Below are positions 31,487 through 47,427 of a stretch of 64,000 bases of DNA, piece by piece. The stretch is from the human T2T-CHM13v2.0 reference genome, Homo sapiens: the NCBI RefSeq assembly GCF_009914755.1, contig NC_060934.1; one strand, 5' to 3'. Numbering within the stretch: the first letter of the stretch is position 1; the number at the start of each line of letters is the position of its first letter. Both the position numbers and the translations under genes were made by a program. A model generated the notes under the pieces. The model had not been told where the DNA came from. It made no database searches and worked only from the letters and a program-made list of their open reading frames with translations.

Positions 31487-32391
31487 GGGGAGGAGCCAAG
31501 ATGGCCGAATAGGAACAGCTCCGGTCTACAGCTCCCAGCGTGAGCGACGCAGAAGACGGGTGATTTCTGCATTTCCATCTGAGGTACCAGGTTCATCTCA
31601 CTAGGGAGTGCCAGACAGTGGGCGCAGGCCAGTGGGTGTGCGCACCGTGCGCGAGCTGAAGCAGGGCGAGGCATTGCCTCACCTGGGAAGCGCAAGGGGT
31701 CAGGGAGTTCCCTTTCCGAGTCAAAGAAAGGGGTGACGGATGCACCTGGAAAATCGGGTCACTCCCACCCGAATACTGCGCTTTTCAGACCGGCTTAAAA
31801 AACGGCGCACCACGAGACTATATCCCACACCTGGCTTGGAGGGTCCTACGCCCACGGAATCTCGCTGATTGCTAGCACAGCAGTCTGAGATCAAACTGCA
31901 AGGCGGCAGCGAGGCTGGGGGAGGGGAGCCCGCCATTGCCCAGGCTTGCTTAGGTAAACAAAGCAGCCTGGAAGCTCGAGCTGGGTGGAGCCCACCACAG
32001 CTCAAGGAGGCCTGCCTGCCTCTGTAGGCTCCACCTCTGGGGGCAGGGCACAGACAAACAAGAAGACAGCAGTAACCTCTGCAGACTTAAATGTCCCTGT
32101 CTGACAGCTTTGAAGAGAGCAGTGGTTCTCCCAGCACACAGCTGGAGATCTGAGAACGGGCAGACTACCTCCTCAAGTGGGTCCCTGACCCCTGACCCCC
32201 GAGCAGCCTAACTGGGAGGCACCCCCCAGCAGGGGCACACTGACACCTCACACGGCAGGGTATTCCAACAGACCTGCAGCTGAGGGTCCTGTCTGTTAGA
32301 AGGAAAACTAACAAACAGAAAGGACATCCACACCGAAAACCCATCTGTACATCACCATCATCAAAGACCAAAAGTAGATAAAACCACAAAG
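31487..32391 (+). promoter_or_regulatory. L1 5'UTR internal sense/antisense promoter (CpG-rich) with intact YY1 site
   Basis: YY1 motif caagatggcc at 31497-31506; many CpGs retained. Confidence 0.85.
31721..31936 (-). CDS. L1 ORF0 (71 aa, antisense)
   Basis: MAGSPPPASLPPCSLISDCCASNQRDSVGVGPSKPGVGYSLVVRRFLSRSEKRSIRVGVTRFSRCIRHPFL*; ATG in strong context gcaATGG. Confidence 0.85.
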   Translation of the reverse strand: MAGSPPPASLPPCSLISDCCASNQRDSVGVGPSKPGVGYSLVVRRFLSRSEKRSIRVGVTRFSRCIRHPFL

Positions 32392-33408
32392 ATGGGGAAA
32401 AAACAGAACAGAAAAACTGGAAACTCTAAAACGCAGAGCGCCTCTCCTCCTCCAAAGGAACGCAGTTCCTCACCAGCAACGGAACAAAGCTGGATGGAGA
32501 ATGACTTTGACGAGCTGAGAGAAGAAGGTTTCAGACGATCAAATTACTCTGAGCTACGGGAGGACATTCAAACCAAAGGCAAAGAAGTTGAAAACTTTGA
32601 AAAAAATTTAGAAGAATGTATAACTAGAATAACCAATACAGAGAAGTGCTTAAAGGAGCTGATGGAGCTGAAAACCAAGGCTCGAGAACTACGTGAAGAA
32701 TGCAGAAGCCTCAGGAGCCGATGCGATCAACTGGAAGAAAGGGTATCAGCAATGGAAGATGAAATGAATGAAATGAAGCGAGAAGGGAAGTTTAGAGAAA
32801 AAAGAATAAAAAGAAATGAGCAAAGCCTCCAAGAAATATGGGACTATGTGAAAAGACCAAATCTACGTCTGATTGGTGTACCTGAAAGTGATGCGGAGAA
32901 TGGAACCAAGTTGGAAAACACTCTGCAGGATATTATCCAGGAGAACTTCCCCAATCTAGCAAGGCAGGCCAACGTTCAGATTCAGGAAATACAGAGAATG
33001 CCACAAAGATACTCCTCGAGAAGAGCAACTCCAAGACACATAATTGTCAGATTCACCAAAGTTGAAATGAAGGAAAAAATGTTAAGGGCAGCCAGAGAGA
33101 AAGGTCGGGTTACCCTCAAAGGGAAGCCCATCAGACTAACAGCGGATCTCTCAGCAGAAACCCTACAAGCCAGAAGAGAGTGGGGGCCAATATTCAACAT
33201 TCTTAAAGAAAAGAATTTTCAACCCAGAATTTCATATCCAGCCAAACTAAGCTTCATAAGTGAAGGAGAAATAAAATACTTTACAGACAAGCAAATGCTG
33301 AGAGATTTTGTCACCACCAGGCCTGCCCTAAAAGAGCTCCTGAAGGAAGCGCTAAACATGGAAAGCAACAACCGGTACCAGCCGCTGCAAAATCATGCTA
33401 AAATGTAA
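32392..33408 (+). CDS. L1 ORF1p (338 aa RNA-binding chaperone), open; carries T203M
   Basis: MGKKQNRKTGNSK...; REKG, ARR and YPAKLS motifs present; canonical length. Confidence 0.95.
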   Translation: MGKKQNRKTGNSKTQSASPPPKERSSSPATEQSWMENDFDELREEGFRRSNYSELREDIQTKGKEVENFEKNLEECITRITNTEKCLKELMELKTKARELREECRSLRSRCDQLEERVSAMEDEMNEMKREGKFREKRIKRNEQSLQEIWDYVKRPNLRLIGVPESDAENGTKLENTLQDIIQENFPNLARQANVQIQEIQRMPQRYSSRRATPRHIIVRFTKVEMKEKMLRAAREKGRVTLKGKPIRLTADLSAETLQARREWGPIFNILKEKNFQPRISYPAKLSFISEGEIKYFTDKQMLRDFVTTRPALKELLKEALNMESNNRYQPLQNHAKM

Positions 33409-33444
33409 AGACCATCGAGACTAGGAAGAAACTGCATCAACTAA

Positions 33445-37299
<3,855 letters not shown>

Positions 37300-37996
37300 A
37301 CAATGAGATCACATGGTCACAGGAAGGGGAATATCACACTCTGGGGACTGTGGTGGGGTGGGGGGAGGGGGGAGGGGTGGCATTGGGAGATATACCTAAT
37401 GCTAGATGACGAGTTAGTGGGTGCAGCGCACCAGCATGGCACATGTATACATATGTAACTAACCTGCACAATGTGCACATGTACCCTAAAACTTAAAGTA
37501 TAAAAAAAAAAAATAAATTCCTTAATTGGCTATAGGTTTGTGCTTTGAGGAAGGGAGTCTAGTTTCCATTTCTACACTGAATGCTCCTTTCCACTTTGTT
37601 GTGAAGTGCAAGTGTATTCTTGTTGAGCACCTGCTGTGGTTGGCACCCAGGACCAGGCACTGTAGGGTGGATATGCTCATTGAGTCCTGTTTTGTGCCTG
37701 GCCCTGCACCTCGTGTTGGGATAACTTGATGGCACTTGGGAAGTTCTACTTGCAGACTAAGAAAGCCAATTCGCTCAACGAGTTCTTTCGGGGCACCTAC
37801 CATATGTCTGTCCCTATTCTTGGCATTAGGTGGGATAATAGTATTTATTGAATATGGACTATGAGCTAAGCACTGAGCTGAGCACTTCACATGTTTAAAA
37901 GCATAGTGAATTCCCCTTGCCTCAGAATGGATCATCAGGAAGTAAAGGTAGAGACAAGAGGCAGAATGCACTTGTGTCATAAAGAATACTCAAAAC

Positions 37997-38295
37997 AGCC
38001 AGGCGCAGTGGCTCACACCTGCAATCCCAGCACTTTGGGAGGCTGAGGTGGGCAGATCACAAGGTGAGGAGATCGAGACCATCCTGGCTAACACGGTGAA
38101 ATCCCATCTCTACTAAAAATACAAAAAATTAGCCGGGCATGGTGGCAGGCGCCTGTAGTCTTAGCTACTCAGGAGGCTGAGGCAGGAGAATGGCATTACC
38201 CAGGAGGCAGAGCTTGCAGTGAGCCGAGATAGCGACACTGCACTACCGCACTCCAGCCTGGGTGACAGCGAGACTCCATCTCAAAAAAAAAAAAA
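37997..38295 (+). mobile_element. AluY
   Basis: gagatcgagaccatcctggctaacacggtg, ggagaatggc, gagcttgcag; TSD aaagaatactcaaaac at 37981-37996 and 38296-38311. Confidence 0.92.
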
Positions 38296-38432
38296 AAAGA
38301 ATACTCAAAACAAAGAGGTGCAGGCAACCCCCCAGAAGCTACTGAATGGGTTCTTCTACCTCCAGCTATCACTGAAGCTCAGCCCTGTGTGAAGCCCACA
38401 TAGTCCCAGCCTAACAGATGAAAGTGTATTTC

Positions 38433-38760
38433 TGGCACTGTCCAATAATGGTAGCCACTAGCCTCAGGTGGCTGTTGAGCATTTGAAATGTGACTAGTCC
38501 AGACTGAGAAGTGCTGTAAATGTAAAATACAAAATGGATGGTGAAGATTTATGCAATAAAATAGTGTGAAGTTATCTCATTAATAATTTTTTATATTGAG
38601 TACATGTTGCAATATTTTGGAGATAACTGAGTTAAATAAAATATTGTATTAAAATTAATTCAACCAATAGTCATATTACTTGCTTTATTATGACTAAATA
38701 TGACTAAAATTTAAAATTCCATATGTATCTTGCATTATATTTCATTGGACAGTGCTGGTT
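38433..38760. mobile_element. MER33-like hAT-Charlie MITE
   Basis: Inverted ends gcactgtccaat / attggacagtgc; gtagccactagcc..gtggctgttgagcatttgaaatgtgactagtc. Confidence 0.75.
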
Positions 38761-41700
38761 TAGATATTCAAAGAATTTATCTCAAGAGATTAGGGAGTCC
38801 TTGGAGGATGGTGATTGTGGCTCCTCTGATTTCTCATGGGAGAGGTTAGAGGGGAGTTTGTCCTCCACTCCATGTAAAGGGTTCTAAGAGAATTACTCAT
38901 AGAGATGTGGAGGAGCTGATGAAGATTGGTGATATGGTTTGGCTGTGTCCCCACCCAAATCTTATCTTGAATTGTATTTTCCATAATCCCCACATGACAA
39001 GTCATGGGAGGGACCAAGCGGAGATAATTGAATCATGGGGGCAGTTTCCCCCATACTGTTCTCATAATAGTGAGTTAGTTCTCATGAGATCTGCTGGTTT
39101 TATAAAGGGCTTCCCCTTGCTGGCAAGATGGCCAAATAGGATCAGCTCTGGTCTTCAGCTCCCAGTGAGACTGAGGCAGAAGGTGAGTGATTTCTGCATT
39201 TCCAACTGAGGTACCTTGCTCATCTCATTGGGACTGGTTGGACAGTGGGTGCAGCCCAAGAAGGGCAAGCCAAAGCAGAATGGGGTGTCGCCTCACCTGG
39301 GAAGTGCAAGGGGTTGGGGCACTCCCTCTCCCAGCCAAGGGAAGCCATTAGGGACTGTATCATGTACTCCGGCCCAGATACTGTGCTTTTCCCATGGTCT
39401 TCGCAACCTGCAGACCAGGAGATTCCCTCTGGTACCTACACCACCAGGGCCCTGGGTTTCCAGCACAAAACTGGGAGGCCGTTTGGGCAGACACTGAGCT
39501 AGCCGCAGGAGTCTTTTTTTTCATACCCCAGTGGCACTTGGAACACCAGCGAGACAGAACCATTTACTCCCCCGGAAAGGGGGCTGAAGCCAGGGAGCCA
39601 AGTGGTCTGGCTTGGCGGGTCCCACCCCAACGGAGTCCAGAAAGCTAAGATCCACTGGCTTGAAATTCTTGCTGCCAGCAAAGAAGCCTGAGCTTGACCT
39701 GGGATGCTGGAGCTTGGTGGGGGGAGGGGCGACCACCATTGCTGAGGCTTGAGTAGGTGGTTTTACCCTCACAGTGTAAATAAAAACCGCCAGGAAGTTT
39801 GAACTGGGCGGAGCCCACCGCAGCTCAGCAAGGCTGCTGTGGCCAGACTGCCTCTCTAGATTCCCTCCTCTCTGGGCAGGGCATCTCTGAATAAAAGGCA
39901 GTAGCCCCAGTCAGGGACTTATAGATAAAACCCCCACCTCCCTGGGACAGAGCACCTGGGGGAAGGGGCGGTTGTGGGCGCAGCTTCAGCAGACTTAAAC
40001 GTCCCTGCCTGGCAGCTCTGAAGACAGAAGCACATCTCCCAGCACAGCGTTCGAGCTCTGATAGGGACAGACTGCCTCCCCAAGTGGGTCCCTGACCCCT
40101 GTGTATACTGACTAGGAGACACCTCCCAGTAGGGGCCAAAAGACACCTCATACAGGAGAGCTCTGGCTGGCATCTGGCGGGTGCTCCTCTGGGATGAAGT
40201 TTCCAGGGGAAGGAATAGGCAGCAATGTTTGCTGTTCTGCAGCCTCCACCGGTGATACCCAGGCAAACAGGGTCTGGAGTGGACATCCAGCAAACTCCAG
40301 CAGACCTGCAGCAGAGGGGCCTGACTGTTAGAAGGAAAACTAACAAACAGAAAGGAATAGTATCAACATCAACAAAAAGGACATCCACTCAGAAACCCAG
40401 CTGAAGGTCACTGACTTCAAAGACCAAAGGTAGATAAATCCACAAAGATGGGGAGAAACCAGTGCAAAAAGGCTGAAAATTCCAAAAACCAGAATGCCTC
40501 TTCTCCTCCAAAGGATCAGAACTCCTCACCAACAAGGTAACAAAACTGGATGGAGAATGAGTTTGATGAATTGACAGAAGTAGACTTTAGAAGGTGGGTA
40601 ATAACAGACTCCTCCAAGCTAAAGGAGCATGTTCTAACCCAATGCAAGGAAGCTAAGAACCTTGAAAAAAGGTTAGAGGAATTGCTAACTAGAGTAACCA
40701 GTTTAGAGAAGATAAATGACCTGATGGAGCTGAAAAACACAGCACGAGAACTTCTTGAAGCATACACGAGTATCAATAGCCGAATAGATCAAGTGGAAGA
40801 AAGGATATCCGAGATTGAAGATCAACTCAATGAAATAAAGTGAGAAGACAAGATTACAGAAAAAAGAGTGAAAAGAAATGAACAAAGTTTCCAAAAATAT
40901 GGGACTATGTGAAAAGACCAAATCTACATTTGATTTGTATACCTGAAAGTGACGGGGAAAGTGTAACCAAGTTGGAGAACACTCTTCAGGATATCACTCA
41001 GGAGAACTTCCTCAACCTAGCAAGGCAGGGCAACATTCAAATTCAGGAAATATAGAGAACACCCTGAAGATACTCCTCGAGAAGAGCAACCCCAAGACAC
41101 ATAATCATCAAATTCACCAAGGTTGAAATGAAGGAAAAAATGTTAAGGGCAGACAGACAGAAAGGTTGGGTTACCCACAAAGGGAAGCCCATCAGACTAA
41201 CAGCAGATCTCTCGGTAGAAAGATACAAGCCAGAAGAGATTGGGGGCCAATACTCAATATTCTCAAAGAAAATTTTCAACCCAGAATTTCATATCTAGCC
41301 AAATTATGCTTCACAAGCAAAGGAGAAATAAAATCCTTTGCAGACAAGCAAATGCTGAGAGATTTTGTCACCACCACGCCTGGCTTACAAGAGTTCCTGA
41401 AGGAAGCACTAAACATGGAAAGGAACAACTGGTACCAGCAACTGCAAAAACATACCAAATTGTAAAGATCATTGATGCTATGAAGAAACTGCATCAACTA
41501 ATGGGCAAAATAACTAGTTAGCATCATAATGGCACGATCAAATTCACACATATCAATATTAACTTTAAATGTAAATGGACTAATTGCCCCAATTAAAAGA
41601 CACAGACTGGCAAATTGGATAAAGAGTCAAGACCAATTGGTGTGCTATATTCAGGAGACCCATCTCATGTGCAAAGACACTCATAGCCTCAAAATAAAGG

Positions 41701-42342
41701 GATGGAGGAATATCTACCAAGCAAATGGAAAGCAAAAAAAAAGCAGAGGTTGCAATTGTAGTCTCTGATAAAACAGACTTTAAACCAACAAAGATCAAAA
41801 GAGACAAAGAATAGCATTACATAATGGTAAAGGGATTAATGCAACAAGAAGAGCTAACTATCCTAAATGTATATGCACCCAATACAGGAGCACCCAGATT
41901 CATAAAGCAAGTTCTTTGAGATGCACAAAGAGACTTAGACTCCCACACAATAATAATGGGAGACTTTAACACCCCACTGTCAACATCAGATCGACGAGAC
42001 AGAAAATTAACAAGGATATCCAGGACTTGAACTCAGCTTTGGACCAAGCAGACCTAATAGACATCTGTAGAACTCTTCACCTCAGATCAACAGAATATAC
42101 ATTCTTCTCAGCACCACATCGCACTCATTCTAAAATTGACCACATAATTGGAAGTAAAACACTCCTCAGCAAATGCAAAAGAATGGAAATCATAAGTCTC
42201 TCAGACCACATTGCAATCAAACTAGAACTCAGGATTAAGAAACTCACTTAAAACTGCACAACTACATGGAAACTGAACAACCTGCTCCTGAATGACTACT
42301 GGGTAAATAACAAAATGAAGGCAGAAATACAGATGTTCTTTG

Positions 42343-42635
42343 GGGATGGGTGTAGTGGCTCACGCCTGTACTTCAGGAGGCTGAGGCAGGTGGATCACGA
42401 GGTCAGGAGTTCAAGACCAGCCTCGCCAAGATGGTGAAACCCCGCCTCTACTAAAAATACAAAAATTAGCCAGGTGTGGTGGCAGGTGCCTGTAATCCCA
42501 ACTACTTGGGAGGCTGAGGAAGATAATTGCTTGAACCCAGGAGGCAGAGGTTGCAGTGAGCAGAGATCACACCACTGCACATCAGCCTGGGTGACAGATT
42601 GAGACTTTGTCTCAAAAAAAAAAAAAAAAAAAAAA
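42343..42635 (+). mobile_element. AluS (Sg-like) inside L1PA7 ORF2
   Basis: Complete Alu with small left-arm deletion and A22 tail; only ttg is duplicated at the junctions. Confidence 0.88.
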
Positions 42636-44023
42636 TTGAAACCAGTGAGAACAAAGACACAATGTACCAGAATCTCTGGGACACATTTAAAGCAATGTGT
42701 AGAGGGAAATTTATAGCACTAAATGCCCACAAGAGAAAGCAGGAAAGATCTAAAATTGACACCCTAACATCACGATTAAAAGAACTAGAGAAGCAAATGC
42801 AAACAAATTCAAAAGCTAGCAGAAGACAAGAAATAATCAAGATCAGAGCAGAACTGAAGGAGATAGAGGCATGAAAAACCCTTCAAAAAAATCAATGAAT
42901 CCAGGAGCTGGTTTTTTGAAAAGATAAAAAAAATAGATAGACCGCTAGCCAGACTAATAAAGAAGAAAGAGAGAAGAATCAAACAGATGCAATACAAAAT
43001 GATAAAGGGGATATCACCACCAATCCCACAGAAATACAAACTACCATCAGAGAATACTATAAACACCTCTACGCAAATACACTAGAAAATCTATAAGAAA
43101 TGGATAAATTCCTGGACACCTACACCCTCCCAAGGCCAAACCAGGAAGAAGTCGAATCCCTGAAGAGACCAATAACAAGTTCTGAAATTGAGGCAGCAAT
43201 TAATAGCCTAGCAACCAAAAAAAGTCCAGGACCAGACGGATTCACAGCCGAATTCTACCAGAGGTACAAATAGGAGTTGGTACCATTCCTTCTGAAACTA
43301 TTCCAAACAATAGGAAAGGAGAGAATCCTCCCTAACTCATTTTATGAGACCAGCATCATCCTGATACCAAAGCCTGGCAGAGATACAACAAAAAAAGAAA
43401 CTCTCAGGCCAATATCCCTGATGAACATCGATGCGAAAATCCTCAATAAAATACTGGCAAACCAAATCCAGCAGCACATCAAAAAGCTTATCCACCACGA
43501 TCAAGTTGGCTTCATCTCTGGGATGCAAGGCTGGTTCAACATGCACAAATCAATAAATGTAATCCATCACATAAACAGAACCAATGACAAAACCACATCA
43601 TTATCTCAATAGATACAGAAAAGGCCTTTGATAAAATTCAACACCCCTTGATGCTAAAAACTCTCAATAAACTATTGATGGAATGTATTTCAAAGTAATA
43701 AGAGCTATTTATGACAAACCCACAGCCAGTATCATACTGAATGGGCAAAAACTGGAAGCATTCCCTTTGAAAACTGGCACAAGACAAGGATGCCCTCTCT
43801 CACCACTCCTATTCAACATAGTATTGGAAGTTCTGGCCAGGCAACCAGCCAAGAGAAAGAAAGAAAGGGTATTAAGAAAAGAGGAAGTCAAATTGTCTCT
43901 GTTTGCAGATGACATGATTGTATATTTAGAAAACCCCATCATCTCAGCCCAAAATCTCCTTATGCTGATAAGCAACTTCAGCAAAGTCTCAGAATACAAA
44001 ATCAATGTGCAAAAATCACAAGC

Positions 44024-44380
<357 letters not shown>

Positions 44381-46507
44381 TCATTCACAATTGCTACAAA
44401 GAGAATAAAATGCCTAGGAATACAACTTACAAGGGATGTGAAGGACCTCTTCAAAGAGAACTACAAACCACTGCTCAAGGAAATAAGAGAGAACACAAAC
44501 AAATGGAAAAACATTCCATGCTCGTGGATAGGAAAAATCAATATTGTGAAAATGGCCATACTGCCCAAAGTAATTTATAGATTCAATGCTATCCCCATCA
44601 AGCTACCATTGACTTTCTTCACAGAACTGGAAAAAACTACTTTAAATTTCATATGGAACCAAAAAAGGGCCCACATAGCCAAGACAATCCTAAGTAGAAA
44701 GAACAAAGCTGGAGGCATCATGCTACCTGACTTCAAACTATACTACAAAGCTATAGTAACCAAAACAGCATGGTACTGGCACCAAAACAGATATATAGAC
44801 CAATGGAACAGAACAGAGGCCTCAGAAATAAGACACCACACATCTACAACCATCTGATCTTTGACAAACCTGACAGAAACGAGCAATGGGGAAAGGATTC
44901 CCTATTTAATAAATGGCGTTGGGAAAACTGGCTAGCCATATGCAGGAAGCTGAAACTGGATCCCTTCCTTACACCTTATACAAAAATTAACTCAAGATGG
45001 ATTAAAGACTTAAACATAAGACCTAAAACCATAAAAACCCTAGAAGAAAACCTAGGCAATACCATTCAGGACATAGGCATGGGCAAAGACTTCATAACGA
45101 AAATACTGAAAGCAATGGCAACAAAAGCCAAAATTGACAAATGGGATCTAATTATACTAAAGAGCTTCTGCACAGCAAAAGAAACTATCATCAGAGTGAA
45201 GAAGCAGCCTACAGAATGGGAGAAAATTTTTGCAATCTGTCCACCTGATAAAGAATCTACAAAGAACTTAAACAAATTTACAAGAAAAAAAACAAACAAC
45301 CCCATAAAAAAGTGGGCAAAGGACATGAACAGACACTTCTCAAAAGAAGACATTTATGCAGCCAACAAACATATGAAAAAAAGCTCATCATCACTGGTCA
45401 TTAGAGAAATGCAAATCAAAACCACAATGAGATACCATCTCATGCCAGTTGGAATGGCAATCATTAAAAAGTCAGGAAACAACAGATGCTGGAGAGGATG
45501 TGGAGAAATAGGAATGCTTTTACACTGTTGGTGGGGGTGTTAATTAGTTCAACCATTGTGGAAGATAGTGTGGTGATTCCTTAAGGATCTAGAACTAGAA
45601 ATACCATTTGACCCAGCAATCCCATTACTGGGTATATACCCAAAGGATTATAAGTCATGCTACTATAAAGACATATGCACACATATGTTTATTGCAGCAC
45701 TGTTCACAATAGCAAAGACTTGGAACCAACCCAAATGCCCATCAGCGATAGACTGGATAAAGAAAATATGGCACATATACACCATGGAATACTATGCAGC
45801 CATAAAAAAGGATGAGTTCATGTCCTTTTCAGGGACATGGATGAAGCTGGAAATGATCATTCTCAGAAAACTAACACAAGAACAGAAAACCAAACACCGC
45901 ATGTTCTCACTCATAAGTAGGAGTTGAACAATGAGAACACATGGACACAGGGAGGGGAACATCACACAACAGGGCCTGTTGTTGGGTGGGGGGCTAGGGG
46001 AGGGATAGCATTAGGAGAAATGCCTAATGTAGATGTCGGGTTGATGGGTGCAGCAAACCACCATGGCACATGCATACCTATGTAACAAACCTGCACGTTG
46101 TTGGGTATGTGTATACCCCAGAACTTAAAGTATCATAACAAAGAAAAAGGAAAGCTAAAAATAAAAAATAAAAAAAAGGGCTCCCCTCTTTCCTGGGCAC
46201 TCATTCTTCTCCTTCCTGCTGCCTTGTGAAGAAGGATGTGTTTGCTTCCCCTTCTACCATGACTGTAAGTTTCCTGTGGCCTCCCCAGTTCTGTGGAACT
46301 GTGAGTCAATTAAACTTCTTTTCTTTATAAATTACCCAGTCTTGGGCAGTTCTTTATAGCAACATGAGAGTGGACTAATAGAATGGGCATCTTATTTTTT
46401 GGCTTAACTTCTTAGGCAGGGGAATTGCTGATCTGCTCCTTGTGCTTATTTGAAGTGGGGTAAAACATAATCAGAGGGTGCAGTAAGTAGGGTAATTCCC
46501 CCCATTG

Positions 46508-46801
46508 GGCTGGGCAAGGTGGTTCATGCCTGTAATCCCAGTGCTTTGGGAGGCCAAGGCGGGTAGGATTGCTTTCAGCCAGGAGTTTGAGACCAACCTG
46601 GGCAAAATAGCAAGACTTTGTCTCTACAAAAGTAAAAATTAGCTGGGTGTGGTGGTGCATACCCATAGTCCCCACTACTCGGGAGGCTGAAGCAAGAGGA
46701 TTGCTTGAGCCCAGGAGGTCAAGGCTGCAGTGAGCTATGATTGTGCCACTGCACTCCAGTCTGGGCGGCACCCTGTCTCTAAACAAAACAAAACAGAAAA
46801 A
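46508..46801 (+). mobile_element. AluJ
   Basis: ggattgcttgagcccaggaggtcaaggctgcagtgagctatgattg. Confidence 0.9.
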
Positions 46802-46814
46802 GCCCATGCTTCCC

Positions 46815-47335
46815 TTAGCCCCAAATATGCCTATGTAGTAATCCCAGAAACCTGTGGATATGTTACCCTACATGGCAAAAGGGACCTTGCAGATATGATT
46901 AAGGCTAAGGACCTTGAGACAGGGGATTATCCTGGATTATCCAGTAGGGCCTAATCTAATCATACATGTCCTTAAAATCTGAGAAAGTTTCTTGGCTGCC
47001 ATCAGAGATAGGATGACTCGGATAAGGGAAGACAGGCAGGAGAAATTAGAAGTGTTAAAAGGGTTCCACTTGCCATTGTGGGCTTGGCTTTGAAGATGAA
47101 AGAGGGTGCCATGATCCAAAGAATGCAGGTGGCCTCTTGAAGCTGGGAACAGAAATACACAGATTCTCTCCTAAAGCCTCTAGAAGAAAACACAGCCCAG
47201 CCAATACCTTGATTTTAGCCCTGTGAGATCTTGCTCAACTCTGACATAGAGAACTGTAGGATAGCTTTTTTTGTGTGTTGTTACAAGCAATTAAATTTGT
47301 GGTAATTTATAATTGCAACAATAGGAATCTAAACA
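46815..47335 (+). mobile_element. MaLR LTR, MLT1D/E-like
   Basis: cctgtggatatgttaccctacatggcaaaagggaccttgcagatatgattaagg...tttgtggtaatttataattgcaacaatagga. Confidence 0.75.
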
Positions 47336-47427
47336 AAGACACTGGGTTGGAGAGAGGGTTGAGCAGTTTGGCCCAGTAAAACTGCATGAGTTATTTATGG
47401 GTTGAGTGGACATTTTGGAATGCAGCC

